In this document: in pieces, positions 48,916 to 57,408 of the stretch
How positions within the stretch are numbered: the stretch's first letter is position 1
Layout of the letters: each line of letters begins with the position of its first letter
Origin: an uncultured Bacteroidia bacterium
Lineage (GTDB): Bacteria > Bacteroidota > Bacteroidia > NS11-12g > UBA9320
Assembly (NCBI GenBank): GCA_943789165.1
Contig: CALSTB010000003.1
Coordinates: 191,980 to 255,979 of the forward strand
DNA: 64,000 bases
Direction of reading: 5' to 3'
Notes under the pieces: model-generated
The model's input: only the letters and a program-made list of their open reading frames with translations
Told to the model about the DNA's origin: nothing
The model's database searches: none
Position numbers and translations under genes: made by a program

Positions 48916-49584
48916 TCATTCCGTTAATAAGGCATTGATATCGTCGATAATTCTTTCCATATCCAATGACAAGGTTGCATTGTAGACTCCTCGAATATAC
49001 CCGTTTCTGTCGATAAGTACACAACGCTCAGTATGGAGAAACTCTTCGGATGTCGCATTGAGACCAAATCTTTCTTCGACGAAATACGACTGCCTTGCTA
49101 AGGTATAAATCTCCGACTGGTCACCTGTTAACAGGTGCCACTTTTTCCCTAAGTTGTGTAGTTTGTGGTAATTCCTCAAGACGGGTACTGAGTCCATGTC
49201 AGGAGTAACCGAAAACGAAATAATTTCGATGTGTTGATTCGATTTGAAATGTTCAGCCACCTTGCTGAGGTTATTGGTCATTTTGGGGCAGATGGAAGGA
49301 CAAGCCGTAAAGAAAAAATTGGCGACATATATTTTACCTGCCAATTGATTCGAGCCAAATAATTCGTTGTTTTGGTTGGTAAAACTAAAAGCATTGATGG
49401 TATGTGATTGTGCGTTTATTGAGTCACTAGACCACACCGGACTTAAATCTGGGGTAAGGTAATAAGGCACGGATCTTATAGGTGCATTGCAGGCTACAAA
49501 AACGAAAAGGCTACAAACTATCCAGCACTTCCGACCAAAGACTTTTACAATGTTTGATTCCTGCATTTCCATATTTTCTTCCAT
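48916..49584 (-). CDS. SCO1/SenC family copper chaperone / thiol-disulfide protein
   Basis: Thioredoxin fold with the CPSICP (CxxxC) motif in FFFTACPSICPKM. The conserved His lies downstream. Confidence 0.8.
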   Translation of the reverse strand: MEENMEMQESNIVKVFGRKCWIVCSLFVFVACNAPIRSVPYYLTPDLSPVWSSDSINAQSHTINAFSFTNQNNELFGSNQLAGKIYVANFFFTACPSICPKMTNNLSKVAEHFKSNQHIEIISFSVTPDMDSVPVLRNYHKLHNLGKKWHLLTGDQSEIYTLARQSYFVEERFGLNATSEEFLHTERCVLIDRNGYIRGVYNATLSLDMERIIDDINALLTE

Positions 49585-50065
49585 TTACTACGTCGTAATT
49601 TAAATACAACTCGCCATTCTCACGCCAGGCTTTTTGTCTGCCTGCTGGCTGGCCATCTTTGTAATGCGACAACAAGTAGAGTTGACCGTTTGGATACCAT
49701 TCCTTTAGCGTATCGACATACACCCCATTATCAAAATGATATTCAAACGCTTTTTTCCCGTTTGGATACCACTTCTCATGAAACCCATGTCGCCGGTTAT
49801 TCTGGAAAAATCTTATTTCATTGACTGCGCCATTTGCGTACCACGATTGAAATGAACCGAGTTGCTTTCCATCCTTGACATCATACAAGCCTACCGTGTC
49901 TTTGTCATTAGAACCGAAAGTAATGACACTCCCTGTAAACCGCTCTCCTTCGAAATAAATCGTTCCGTTTTTAACTTCAATAAATTCCACATTTGCGGTT
50001 ACATGAGTCCAGCGATCACAGCTAGACAAACCGACCATGGCTAAAAAAATGATTCCAAGTCTCAA
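49511..50065 (-). CDS. MORN-repeat-variant lipoprotein
   Basis: The signal peptide ends LSSC. Repeats GSFQSWYANGAV, HGFHEKWYPNGKK and LKEWYPNGQL. Confidence 0.7.
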   Translation of the reverse strand: MRLGIIFLAMVGLSSCDRWTHVTANVEFIEVKNGTIYFEGERFTGSVITFGSNDKDTVGLYDVKDGKQLGSFQSWYANGAVNEIRFFQNNRRHGFHEKWYPNGKKAFEYHFDNGVYVDTLKEWYPNGQLYLLSHYKDGQPAGRQKAWRENGELYLNYDVVNGRKYGNAGIKHCKSLWSEVLDSL

Positions 50066-50829
50066 CGCGTAACAGTTCCTGGAGTCCCTTTAAAACCGTC
50101 TCCGTTTATATAAGGATCTGTATTGGTGATGTGGTAATGGTAAATCCCTTCTGGGTAATCGGCTGTCACGTGTTTGTGTCCGTGATAATTATCTAACGCA
50201 GATTCCTGAACTAGCGCGCCATCTTCCATTGGGCCATATACAGGGAAACCATCTAACAAAAAGCCAAGTAGAGCATCTTGTCCTTTGTTTGCGGTTAAAT
50301 AGGTTGGTTCCAAGTGATAATGGTAATTCCCTTGCTGTTGTGGGTGACCGTTGTATTGGTCAAAAGAGTTGATCTCGTCTGTAAGGGGTTGGTTGTTTGG
50401 ACCCGCATATTGGTTGTACAAAGCAACTCCATTTATGGCCACACCCATGGCACCCAAAGAAGTGGATTGGTTACCTGAAGTCAATTCAACTGGATTCATT
50501 GGAATACGGAACACAAAACTGCTTTCAGAAATGGTGTTTGGGTTCTTTTTCCATGACGGGTTGTTGCCATTATACGCTTCGTATAAATCTGACCATTGTG
50601 TTCCTTGGTAGTAAGGACTTTTATGGTCTGGTAATCCATTGGTTTTAATAACCACAAAATCACCGTCTTGGTAAATATCAGAAGCGCCGTATATCTTTTT
50701 ATAAACCGCTAAGGCATCGGTTGTTGGTTCATCTGTCGGTGTAGGTGTCGTTGTATCGTCTTTACAAGCTGTGAGTGACAAAGCACAAATGCCAAGTAAT
50801 AAGCAGGATTGTTTAAATATGTATTTCAT
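50062..50829 (-). CDS. YHYH-domain lipoprotein
   Basis: Lipobox LTAC. Two YHYH motifs (GNYHYHLEP, GIYHYHIT). Confidence 0.75.
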   Translation of the reverse strand: MKYIFKQSCLLLGICALSLTACKDDTTTPTPTDEPTTDALAVYKKIYGASDIYQDGDFVVIKTNGLPDHKSPYYQGTQWSDLYEAYNGNNPSWKKNPNTISESSFVFRIPMNPVELTSGNQSTSLGAMGVAINGVALYNQYAGPNNQPLTDEINSFDQYNGHPQQQGNYHYHLEPTYLTANKGQDALLGFLLDGFPVYGPMEDGALVQESALDNYHGHKHVTADYPEGIYHYHITNTDPYINGDGFKGTPGTVTR

Positions 50830-50888
50830 TACAATGGGTTTTAGGGTTAGACCAAGTATGGCAGTGCTTCATTCCGCACTATATTAAA

Positions 50889-51293
50889 TTAAAACGTCAG
50901 TCTGATTGGTTTTGAAAAACTCATTCTAACAGGCTTGCCGCGCTGTATGGCTGGTTTCCATTTGGGCATTTGTTTAAACACGCGAAGTGCTTCTTCCTCC
51001 AACCCGTATCCCAATCTTCTTGTGCTTATGATTCTTACGTTTGTGATGCTCCCATCTTTTTCAACTATAAACGAAACCAATATTGTTCCCGACTTTGCTT
51101 TTTTGTTCGCCTCTTTGGATATGTTAAAATTAGAAACGATGTATTTGTCTAATGCTGCGTCTCCTCCAGGAAATTCGGCTTTCTTTTGGACTTGATACCA
51201 CTGTAAAGGTTCTTCCTTTGCTGGCTCTTGGGCGTAAGAAAATTCTGCCCAGCAGAAAAAAAACAGACTTGTGAGAAGGAGTTTGATTTTCAT
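50889..51293 (-). CDS. TonB C-terminal-domain protein
   Basis: Signal peptide plus AEFPGG…ILVSFIVEKDGSITNVRI…PAIQRGKPV, typical of the TonB_C fold. Confidence 0.7.
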   Translation of the reverse strand: MKIKLLLTSLFFFCWAEFSYAQEPAKEEPLQWYQVQKKAEFPGGDAALDKYIVSNFNISKEANKKAKSGTILVSFIVEKDGSITNVRIISTRRLGYGLEEEALRVFKQMPKWKPAIQRGKPVRMSFSKPIRLTF

Positions 51294-51314
51294 GGTGCTA
51301 AGATATAATTAATT

Positions 51315-51349
51315 GATTTTAGATTTCAGATTGATGATTTCAGATTGAT
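51315..51349. repeat. five tandem GATTNNN heptamers
   Basis: GATTTTA GATTTCA GATTGAT GATTTCA GATTGAT, read directly from the sequence. Confidence 0.9.
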
Positions 51350-51523
51350 TTTTATTAATGGTTAATGAAAGAGATTATTTGTTACATCTGTTCGGTGGAA
51401 TTCAATCTCAAATGTGGACAAAATCACATTACCAACAAATGTTTTTAAAAAGCACGGAAGTCATTTTTTCTGACATTAAATGTTCTATCTTGCTTCCCCC
51501 AATTTTAAAAAATAAGAAAAGTC

Positions 51524-52741
51524 GTGTCGTCGATTCGAAGTATAGCCCATATGGATTTGGATACTTTTTACGTATCCGTAGAGCGGTTAATGGACAGCAA
51601 GCTCAACAACAAACCTATCTTGTTGGGCGGCACTGGTGATCGCGGTGTGGTGGCGTCGTGTAGTTACGAAGCGCGGACGTTTGGCGTACACTCAGGCATG
51701 TCGATGAAAATGGCGAGAGAGCTGTGTCCAGAAGGCATTGTTATACGCGGTGAAGCAGGTGTTTACAGCAAATACTCCAAAATCGTTACCGAAATATTAA
51801 GAGAAGAAGTCCCCATTCTAGAGAAGTCGAGCATCGATGAGTTTTACCTAGACTTAACGGGTATGGACAAGTTTTTTGGCTGTTACAAACTGGCAGGCCA
51901 CTTACGTCAACGCATTATCAAAGAAACTGGTTTGCCGATATCGTTTGGTCTGTCGAAAAACAAAACCGTTTCTAAGATTGCTACGGGAGAAGCCAAGCCC
52001 AACAATCAAATCAATATTGATTTTGGATTAGAAAAACCCTTTCTCGCTCCTTTACCCATCGGGAAAATTCCGATGATTGGTGCCAAAACAGGTTTCTTGT
52101 TAAACCGTATGGGTGTTCGAAAAATAAAAACCGTTCAAGACATGCCGCTTGAATTGATGGAAAAAGCATTTGGTAAAAACGGACAAAGTATTTGGTATAA
52201 AGCCAATGCAATTGACAACAGTCCTGTCATTCCCTTCCACGAAAAAAAATCCATCAGCACCGAACGTACATTTGAAAAAGACACCATTGATGTGATCAAA
52301 CTTCAGTCGATGGTGATGGCCATGGTGGAACAATTGGCGTACGAACTGCGTCGGGCTGATAAAGTCACTTCCTGCATCAGCATCAAAATTCGGTATGCCG
52401 ATTTTCAGACCTATAGCAAACAAAAAAAGATTCCGTATACATCGTGCGACCACACGTTAATCGACATTGCCAAAGACATATTTAAAGTGTTGTACAACCG
52501 ACGTACCCGTGTTCGATTGATTGGCGTACGACTCAGTGATTTGGCTGGTGGTGGACATCAAATAGACTTGTTTAACGACAGCTCCAAGGTGTTGAAGTTG
52601 TACCAAGCAATGGACCACATCAAAAACAGATATGGCGCCAATTCAGTCCGCAGAAGCGCAGCGGTTCAAATAAAAGGACTTGGACGCGGCAACCCGTTTA
52701 GCGGCGAACCAAACGTGGTACCTGCACATCGGAATGCGTGA
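51524..52741 (+). CDS. dinB: Y-family DNA polymerase (DinB/Pol IV-like)
   Basis: GTG start. IAHMDLDTFYVSVE and SIDEFYLDLTG catalytic acidic motifs are present. 405 aa. Confidence 0.85.
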   Translation: MSSIRSIAHMDLDTFYVSVERLMDSKLNNKPILLGGTGDRGVVASCSYEARTFGVHSGMSMKMARELCPEGIVIRGEAGVYSKYSKIVTEILREEVPILEKSSIDEFYLDLTGMDKFFGCYKLAGHLRQRIIKETGLPISFGLSKNKTVSKIATGEAKPNNQINIDFGLEKPFLAPLPIGKIPMIGAKTGFLLNRMGVRKIKTVQDMPLELMEKAFGKNGQSIWYKANAIDNSPVIPFHEKKSISTERTFEKDTIDVIKLQSMVMAMVEQLAYELRRADKVTSCISIKIRYADFQTYSKQKKIPYTSCDHTLIDIAKDIFKVLYNRRTRVRLIGVRLSDLAGGGHQIDLFNDSSKVLKLYQAMDHIKNRYGANSVRRSAAVQIKGLGRGNPFSGEPNVVPAHRNA

Positions 52742-52750
52742 TTAAGGATT

Positions 52751-52790
52751 GAATTACAGAATTATTGAATTATAGAATTATAGAATTATA
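52751..52790. repeat. tandem octamers GAATTAYW x5
   Basis: GAATTACA GAATTATT GAATTATA GAATTATA GAATTATA. Confidence 0.9.
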
Positions 52791-52816
52791 GAAAAGTGAC
52801 ACATAAACACATTTAC

Positions 52817-52852
52817 ACTTCAACTTCAACTTAGACTTCAACTTCAACTTAT
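52817..52852. repeat. tandem hexamers ACTTCA x6 (two of them variants)
   Basis: ACTTCA ACTTCA ACTTAG ACTTCA ACTTCA ACTTAT. The array ends 2 nt before the dnaE2 ATG. Confidence 0.9.
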
Positions 52853-52854
52853 CC

Positions 52855-55819
52855 ATGTACCTCAACTGCCACTCATATTACAGCTACAAATACGGCACCA
52901 TGTCGCCGAAGGAGTTGCTGGAGGAAGCAGAAAAACACGGAGTCACCAGACTGGCATTAACCGATATCAACAGTACTTCTGGAAGCTTGTATTATGCCAT
53001 GGAAGCCCAGAACCAAGGCGTGCAAACCGTATTGGGTGTTGATTTTAGGAACAGCGCCGATCAAAAGTTTATCGCTTTAGCCAAAACGAATTATGGTTTT
53101 CAAAAAATCAATGAATACCTCTCTCAATTACAGGCCTTAAAAATTGATGTGCCCGATGAAGCTCCTGAGATAGAAGATGCTTTTATCATCTACCCCCTAT
53201 TTAATGCCCCAACCCGAAAACTCCGATTAAATGAATTTGTCGGCATTACGCCGTCCGACAAACGCACTTGGGCACTCAAAAACAAAACACAATTTTCAGA
53301 GGCAAAATGCGTGGCATTGCAATCTGTCACCTTTCGCACCAAACGCGATTTTAACACACACCGACTACTCAGAGCTATAGACAAAAATGTGTTGTTAAGT
53401 CAGCTTAAAACATCGGAACAAGGACTACAAGAACACCAGTTTTTATCCCAAGAAATTGAAAAAACCACGTACGAATTATACCCGCACCTCATCGAAAATG
53501 CAAACCGATTATTAGAGCAATGTAGCGTGCATTTTGATTTTAACTTAAAGGGAAAAACACAGAACAAAGAAAGCTTTACGGGAAATGCTGCTTCCGATTT
53601 TGACATGCTCAAACAAATGGCGAATGAGGGTTTGGCATATCGTTTCAATAATCAGTTAACTCCAGAGATTACCACTAGATTGGAAATGGAACTCCGCGTC
53701 ATCAATCAATGTGGGTTTGTTCCCTATTTCTTAATCAACCAAACCATCGTCAACTATGCCCGAAGTAAAGGCTATTTTTATGTTGGAAGAGGAAGTGGCT
53801 CCAATAGCCTAGTTGCCTACCTGCTGCGCATCACCAATGTCAATCCCATTGAACTGGATTTGTATTTCGAGCGATTCATCAATCCCAATCGAAAATCACC
53901 TCCCGATTTTGACATAGATTTTTCATGGCGTGACCGGAATGATGTGACAAAATTCATTTTTGACACGTATCCCAACACTGCGCTTTTGGGTTCGTACATT
54001 ACGTTTCAACAGAAGTCAGTCATACGAGAAATTGGTAAAGTACTTGGCTTGCCTGCGGACGAAATAAAAAAACTACAACACACCGACGACCCAAGTCAAC
54101 TAGATGAAATTACCCGACTTACTGTTTTATACAGTCGGTTTATTCACGGTTTGCCGAGCCACCTAAGTATCCACTCGAGTGGTATCATCATTACCGAAAA
54201 ACCCATTCACTATTTCGGTGCTACGAGCATGCCGCCTAAGGGCTTTCCTACCGCACACTTCGACATGCACATTGCTGAAGACGTGGGCATTCATAAATAT
54301 GATATTCTTGGGCAACGTGGTTTAGGTAAAATCAAAGACACCTTACAAATCATCAAAACCAACCAACCCTCGGCTCCCGACTTTGACATTGACGATATTG
54401 ATCGGTTTAAGAAGGATGAAAAAGTAAAATCCTTGTTGCGAAAAGGAGACTCCATCGGTTGTTTCTATGTCGAAAGTCCTGCCATGCGTGGCTTGATGAA
54501 AAAACTGGAAGTGGATGATTATAAAGGCTTGGTGGCGGCTAGTTCCATTATTCGTCCAGGTGTTTCACAAAGTGGTATGATGCAAGAGTATATCAAGCGA
54601 CATAGAACGCCATCCGCGCGAGCGGCAACACATCCTGTACTTGGTGAGATTTTGAATGAAACGTATGGTGTGATGGTGTACCAAGAAGATGTGTTAAAAG
54701 TCGCCCATTATTTCGCTGGTTTGACCTTGGAAGAGTCCGACTTACTACGTCGAGGTATGAGCTGGAAGTTTCGCGAGCGTGTAGAGTTTGTGGAAGTAAA
54801 AGACAAGTTTTTCAACAACTGTGATGCCAAGGGTTACCCAATTACCTTAACCAAAGAAATTTGGCGTCAGATAGAGAGTTTTGCGAACTATGCCTTTGCC
54901 AAAGGACATTCAGCCAGTTATGCGGTGGAGAGTTATCAGAGTCTGTTTTTAAAAGCCTACTACCCGTTGGAATACATGGTCGCGACTGTGAATAATTTTG
55001 GTGGGTTTTATAGCACCGAACACTATTTGCAGGAAGCTCGACTCAACGGAGCCAAGGTGAGTTCACCATGCGTTAATACAGCCGAAATTCAAACCATCAT
55101 TCGCGGTAAAGAAATCATTATTGGGTTTCAGCATGTCAAAAATCTTGAGGCACATACCATTACACATTTAATTAAAGAACGGCGTGAAAATGGTGCATTT
55201 GAAAACATTGAAAACTTTGTCGACCGTGTGCCAGTCAGTTTAGAAATGTTGATCATATTAATCCGTACCAACGCTTTTAGGTTTACCAAAAAAACTAAGT
55301 CGGCGTTGCTTTGGAAGGCCCATTTTATGCTTGGATCCGATAAAAAAAGCATTGTCGAACACAAACTCCTTGTTTGGGCATGGCAACATTAAAAAAGTGG
55401 ATGTGCCTAGCCTTGAACCTATGGATTTTGAAGACGCCTATGATGAAATTGAACAGCTTGGTTTTCCGTTGTGCTCGCCGTTTGATTTATTAGAACATAG
55501 TGTTGGAGACAACAGTATATTTTCCGACGACTTCCCCGATTTGGTTGGAAAAAACGTCCGGATTTTGGGATATTTGGTTCATCGAAAGCGTACCACTACC
55601 CGAGGGCGGTATCCGCAACAAATGATGTTTGGAACCTTTATGGATATGAAAGGAAAGTTCTATGACTCTGTCCATTTCCCGCCGTCATTTCGTCAATACA
55701 AAATCACAGGAAAAGGTATTTATGAGTTGTTTGGCAAAATCTCTTCCGACAATGGTCACCACTCTATAGAGGTAGAAAAGATGGAGAAACTACCGTATCA
55801 GAAGTTGGTGGTTACTTAG
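52855..55819 (+). pseudogene. dnaE2: DnaE2-type error-prone DNA polymerase III alpha subunit, reading frame broken in an A7 run
   Basis: PHP domain start MYLNCHSYYSYKYG, then polymerase core motifs. The frame stops at 55392, and the C-terminal part continues in the +1 frame (55331-55819: …EDAYDEIEQLGFPLCSPF…). Removing one A from 55342-55348 gives a continuous protein of about 990 aa. Confidence 0.85.
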
Positions 55820-55846
55820 ATTTCAGATTGAAGATTTTTGATTTTC
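55819..55846. repeat. four tandem GATTNNN heptamers
   Basis: GATTTCA GATTGAA GATTTTT GATTTTC. The 16-mer TTAGATTTCAGATTGA (55816-55831) is identical to 51319-51334. Confidence 0.9.
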
Positions 55847-55991
55847 AGATCGCGTCATTTGATAACAGTGAAAAATCTCTCGCTCGCTGGACTCCTAAGT
55901 TTTTTTTAACACAAAGTCCGCAGAGTAGGCACAGAGAGGTAACAAAACAAAGTCTTGTTCCTTGAGTGTAATTTCCTTCGTCTATAAACAA

Positions 55992-56047
55992 GACTGAAGA
56001 TTTTTGTTGAATAGAAATCATCACATTCAACATTCAAAATTCATCAT
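55992..56047. repeat. heptamer-periodic AT-rich array
   Basis: GACTGAA GATTTTT GTTGAAT AGAAATC ATCACAT TCAACAT TCAAAAT TCATCAT. It shares TGAAGATTTTTG with 55828-55840. Confidence 0.8.
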
Positions 56048-56050
56048 TAA

Positions 56051-56983
56051 TTAACCAACCATTCGCTCCCCTGTTGCCATTGCGGCACTGGTCATAATAT
56101 CCAAGTTACCCGCATACTCTGGTAAATAGTGACCTGCACCTACCACTTGTAACAATACGGAAGTTTTTAAGCCTGAAACATGCCCGACTCCTTCAATGAA
56201 GACAGGTTTATCCGCAGGGATTTCTTCAAATTGCACTTCTTGATGAAGTGAATATCCAGGTACATATTGCTGTACTTCCGCAACCATAGCGTGAATGCTT
56301 TCGCGTATTTTTTCTTGATCGGCCATTTCGCTTAATGTAAACACCGTATCTCGCATGACCAATGGTGGTTCTGCAGGATTTAAGATAATGATGGCTTTGC
56401 CTTTAGTCGCTCCGCCAACCTTCTCAATCGCCTCAGCCGTAGTTTCTGTAAACTCATCAATGTTTGCTCGTGTGCCTGGTCCAGCGGACTTACTAGCTAT
56501 TGACGCCACAATTTCCCCATAATGTACTTTGGCAACTCTACTTACCGCCGCCACCATTGGAATCGTGGCTTGTCCACCACACGTTACCATATTGACGTTG
56601 GATAAGTTTAAGTCTAAGCTGAAGTTGAAATCTTTACTAAAACTAACTGCAGGAATTACATATGGTCCAATAGCTGCTGGAGTCAAATCCACAACTTTTT
56701 TATCTGGATAGGCTTTAATTTTATCAAAATTGTAATGATGTGCTTTGGCAGATGTGGCATCGAAAATAATTTCGATGTCGTTCCACTCAGGCATCTTCAT
56801 CAATCCATCAATTCCTTCATGCGTCACCGCACTGCCCATACGTTTCGCTCTCGCCAACCCATCCGATTCTGAATCAATCCCCACCATAACGCTCATTTCT
56901 AAAACCTTAGACGTGCGCATTATCTTTATCATCAGATCTGTACCGATGTTTCCTGAGCCAATTATTGCGGTTTTTACTTTCAT
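56051..56983 (-). CDS. mhpF: acetaldehyde dehydrogenase (acetylating), DmpF/MhpF type
   Basis: [44 protein letters not shown] and YAGNLDIMT are all typical of the family. Confidence 0.9.
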   Translation of the reverse strand: MKVKTAIIGSGNIGTDLMIKIMRTSKVLEMSVMVGIDSESDGLARAKRMGSAVTHEGIDGLMKMPEWNDIEIIFDATSAKAHHYNFDKIKAYPDKKVVDLTPAAIGPYVIPAVSFSKDFNFSLDLNLSNVNMVTCGGQATIPMVAAVSRVAKVHYGEIVASIASKSAGPGTRANIDEFTETTAEAIEKVGGATKGKAIIILNPAEPPLVMRDTVFTLSEMADQEKIRESIHAMVAEVQQYVPGYSLHQEVQFEEIPADKPVFIEGVGHVSGLKTSVLLQVVGAGHYLPEYAGNLDIMTSAAMATGERMVG

Positions 56984-57315
56984 TTAAAATGATGTTTTTA
57001 TGAAATGAGATGGACGTGCAAAATTAGGGCTTACTTGTAATAACTCATTTTCGATTTTACGTTTTAACTGGTTTCAATGCAAAGGGAGCAGACCCATATC
57101 CGACTTATGTGTTTTTCGCTTGGAGTTTACCACTTAGCTAGAAGGTGGACACGGCGCACCTGTAACGACCCAATCGTCAGTTTTTCCGTGAGACCCAACA
57201 ACGCTTCACATTGTTGATTAATCTGACAACAAACAAAGAGCGTTGGCCCGCCAAAAATGCGGGGGCGGCGATAGCCTTGAGCGATGGAAGTCATTTTTTT
57301 GGCTTGTCTTTTTTG

Positions 57316-57346
57316 GTTACTTTTTTTGACTAAGAAAAAAAGTAAC
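57316..57346. repeat. perfect 12-bp inverted repeat GTTACTTTTTTT / AAAAAAAGTAAC with a 7-nt loop
   Basis: Read directly from the sequence. It is followed by a second hairpin, AAGGGC-ggaca-GCCCTT, at 57355-57371. Confidence 0.9.
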
Positions 57347-57408
57347 TCGGGTTTAAGGGCGGACAGCCCTTATGGACAATCAAGTCTTAACGGTAATGTA
57401 TAATGTGA

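Noticed and set aside
51358-51639. 93-aa ORF upstream of and overlapping the dinB-like start
   Set aside because: It covers the AT-rich promoter region and overlaps the polymerase gene out of frame. It has no recognisable motif and its composition is typical of a random AT-rich frame.
55339-55350. dnaX-style programmed -1 ribosomal frameshift on A-AAA-AAA-G in dnaE2
   Set aside because: The downstream ORF is in the +1 frame (equivalent to a 1-nt deletion), not the -1 frame. I see no downstream stem-loop or upstream SD-like stimulator.
55845-56033. 62-aa minus-strand ORF (…LCLLCGLCVKK…)
   Set aside because: It lies entirely in the repeat-filled spacer. The Cys/Leu-rich peptide is what the CRCAGAG-type repeat words give when translated.
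51315-56047. Short tandem repeat arrays as a possible CRISPR array
   Set aside because: The repeat units are 6-8 nt and directly abutting. There are no 25-40-nt spacers, no 24-48-nt repeats and no cas genes anywhere in the window.
57255-57408. GGGGCGGCGATAGCCTTGAGCG resembles the 5' end of a tmRNA
   Set aside because: Only about 150 nt are available before the next CDS. There is no tag reading frame, no tRNA-like 3' end (T-arm plus CCA-proximal acceptor), and the resemblance is limited to a few bases.
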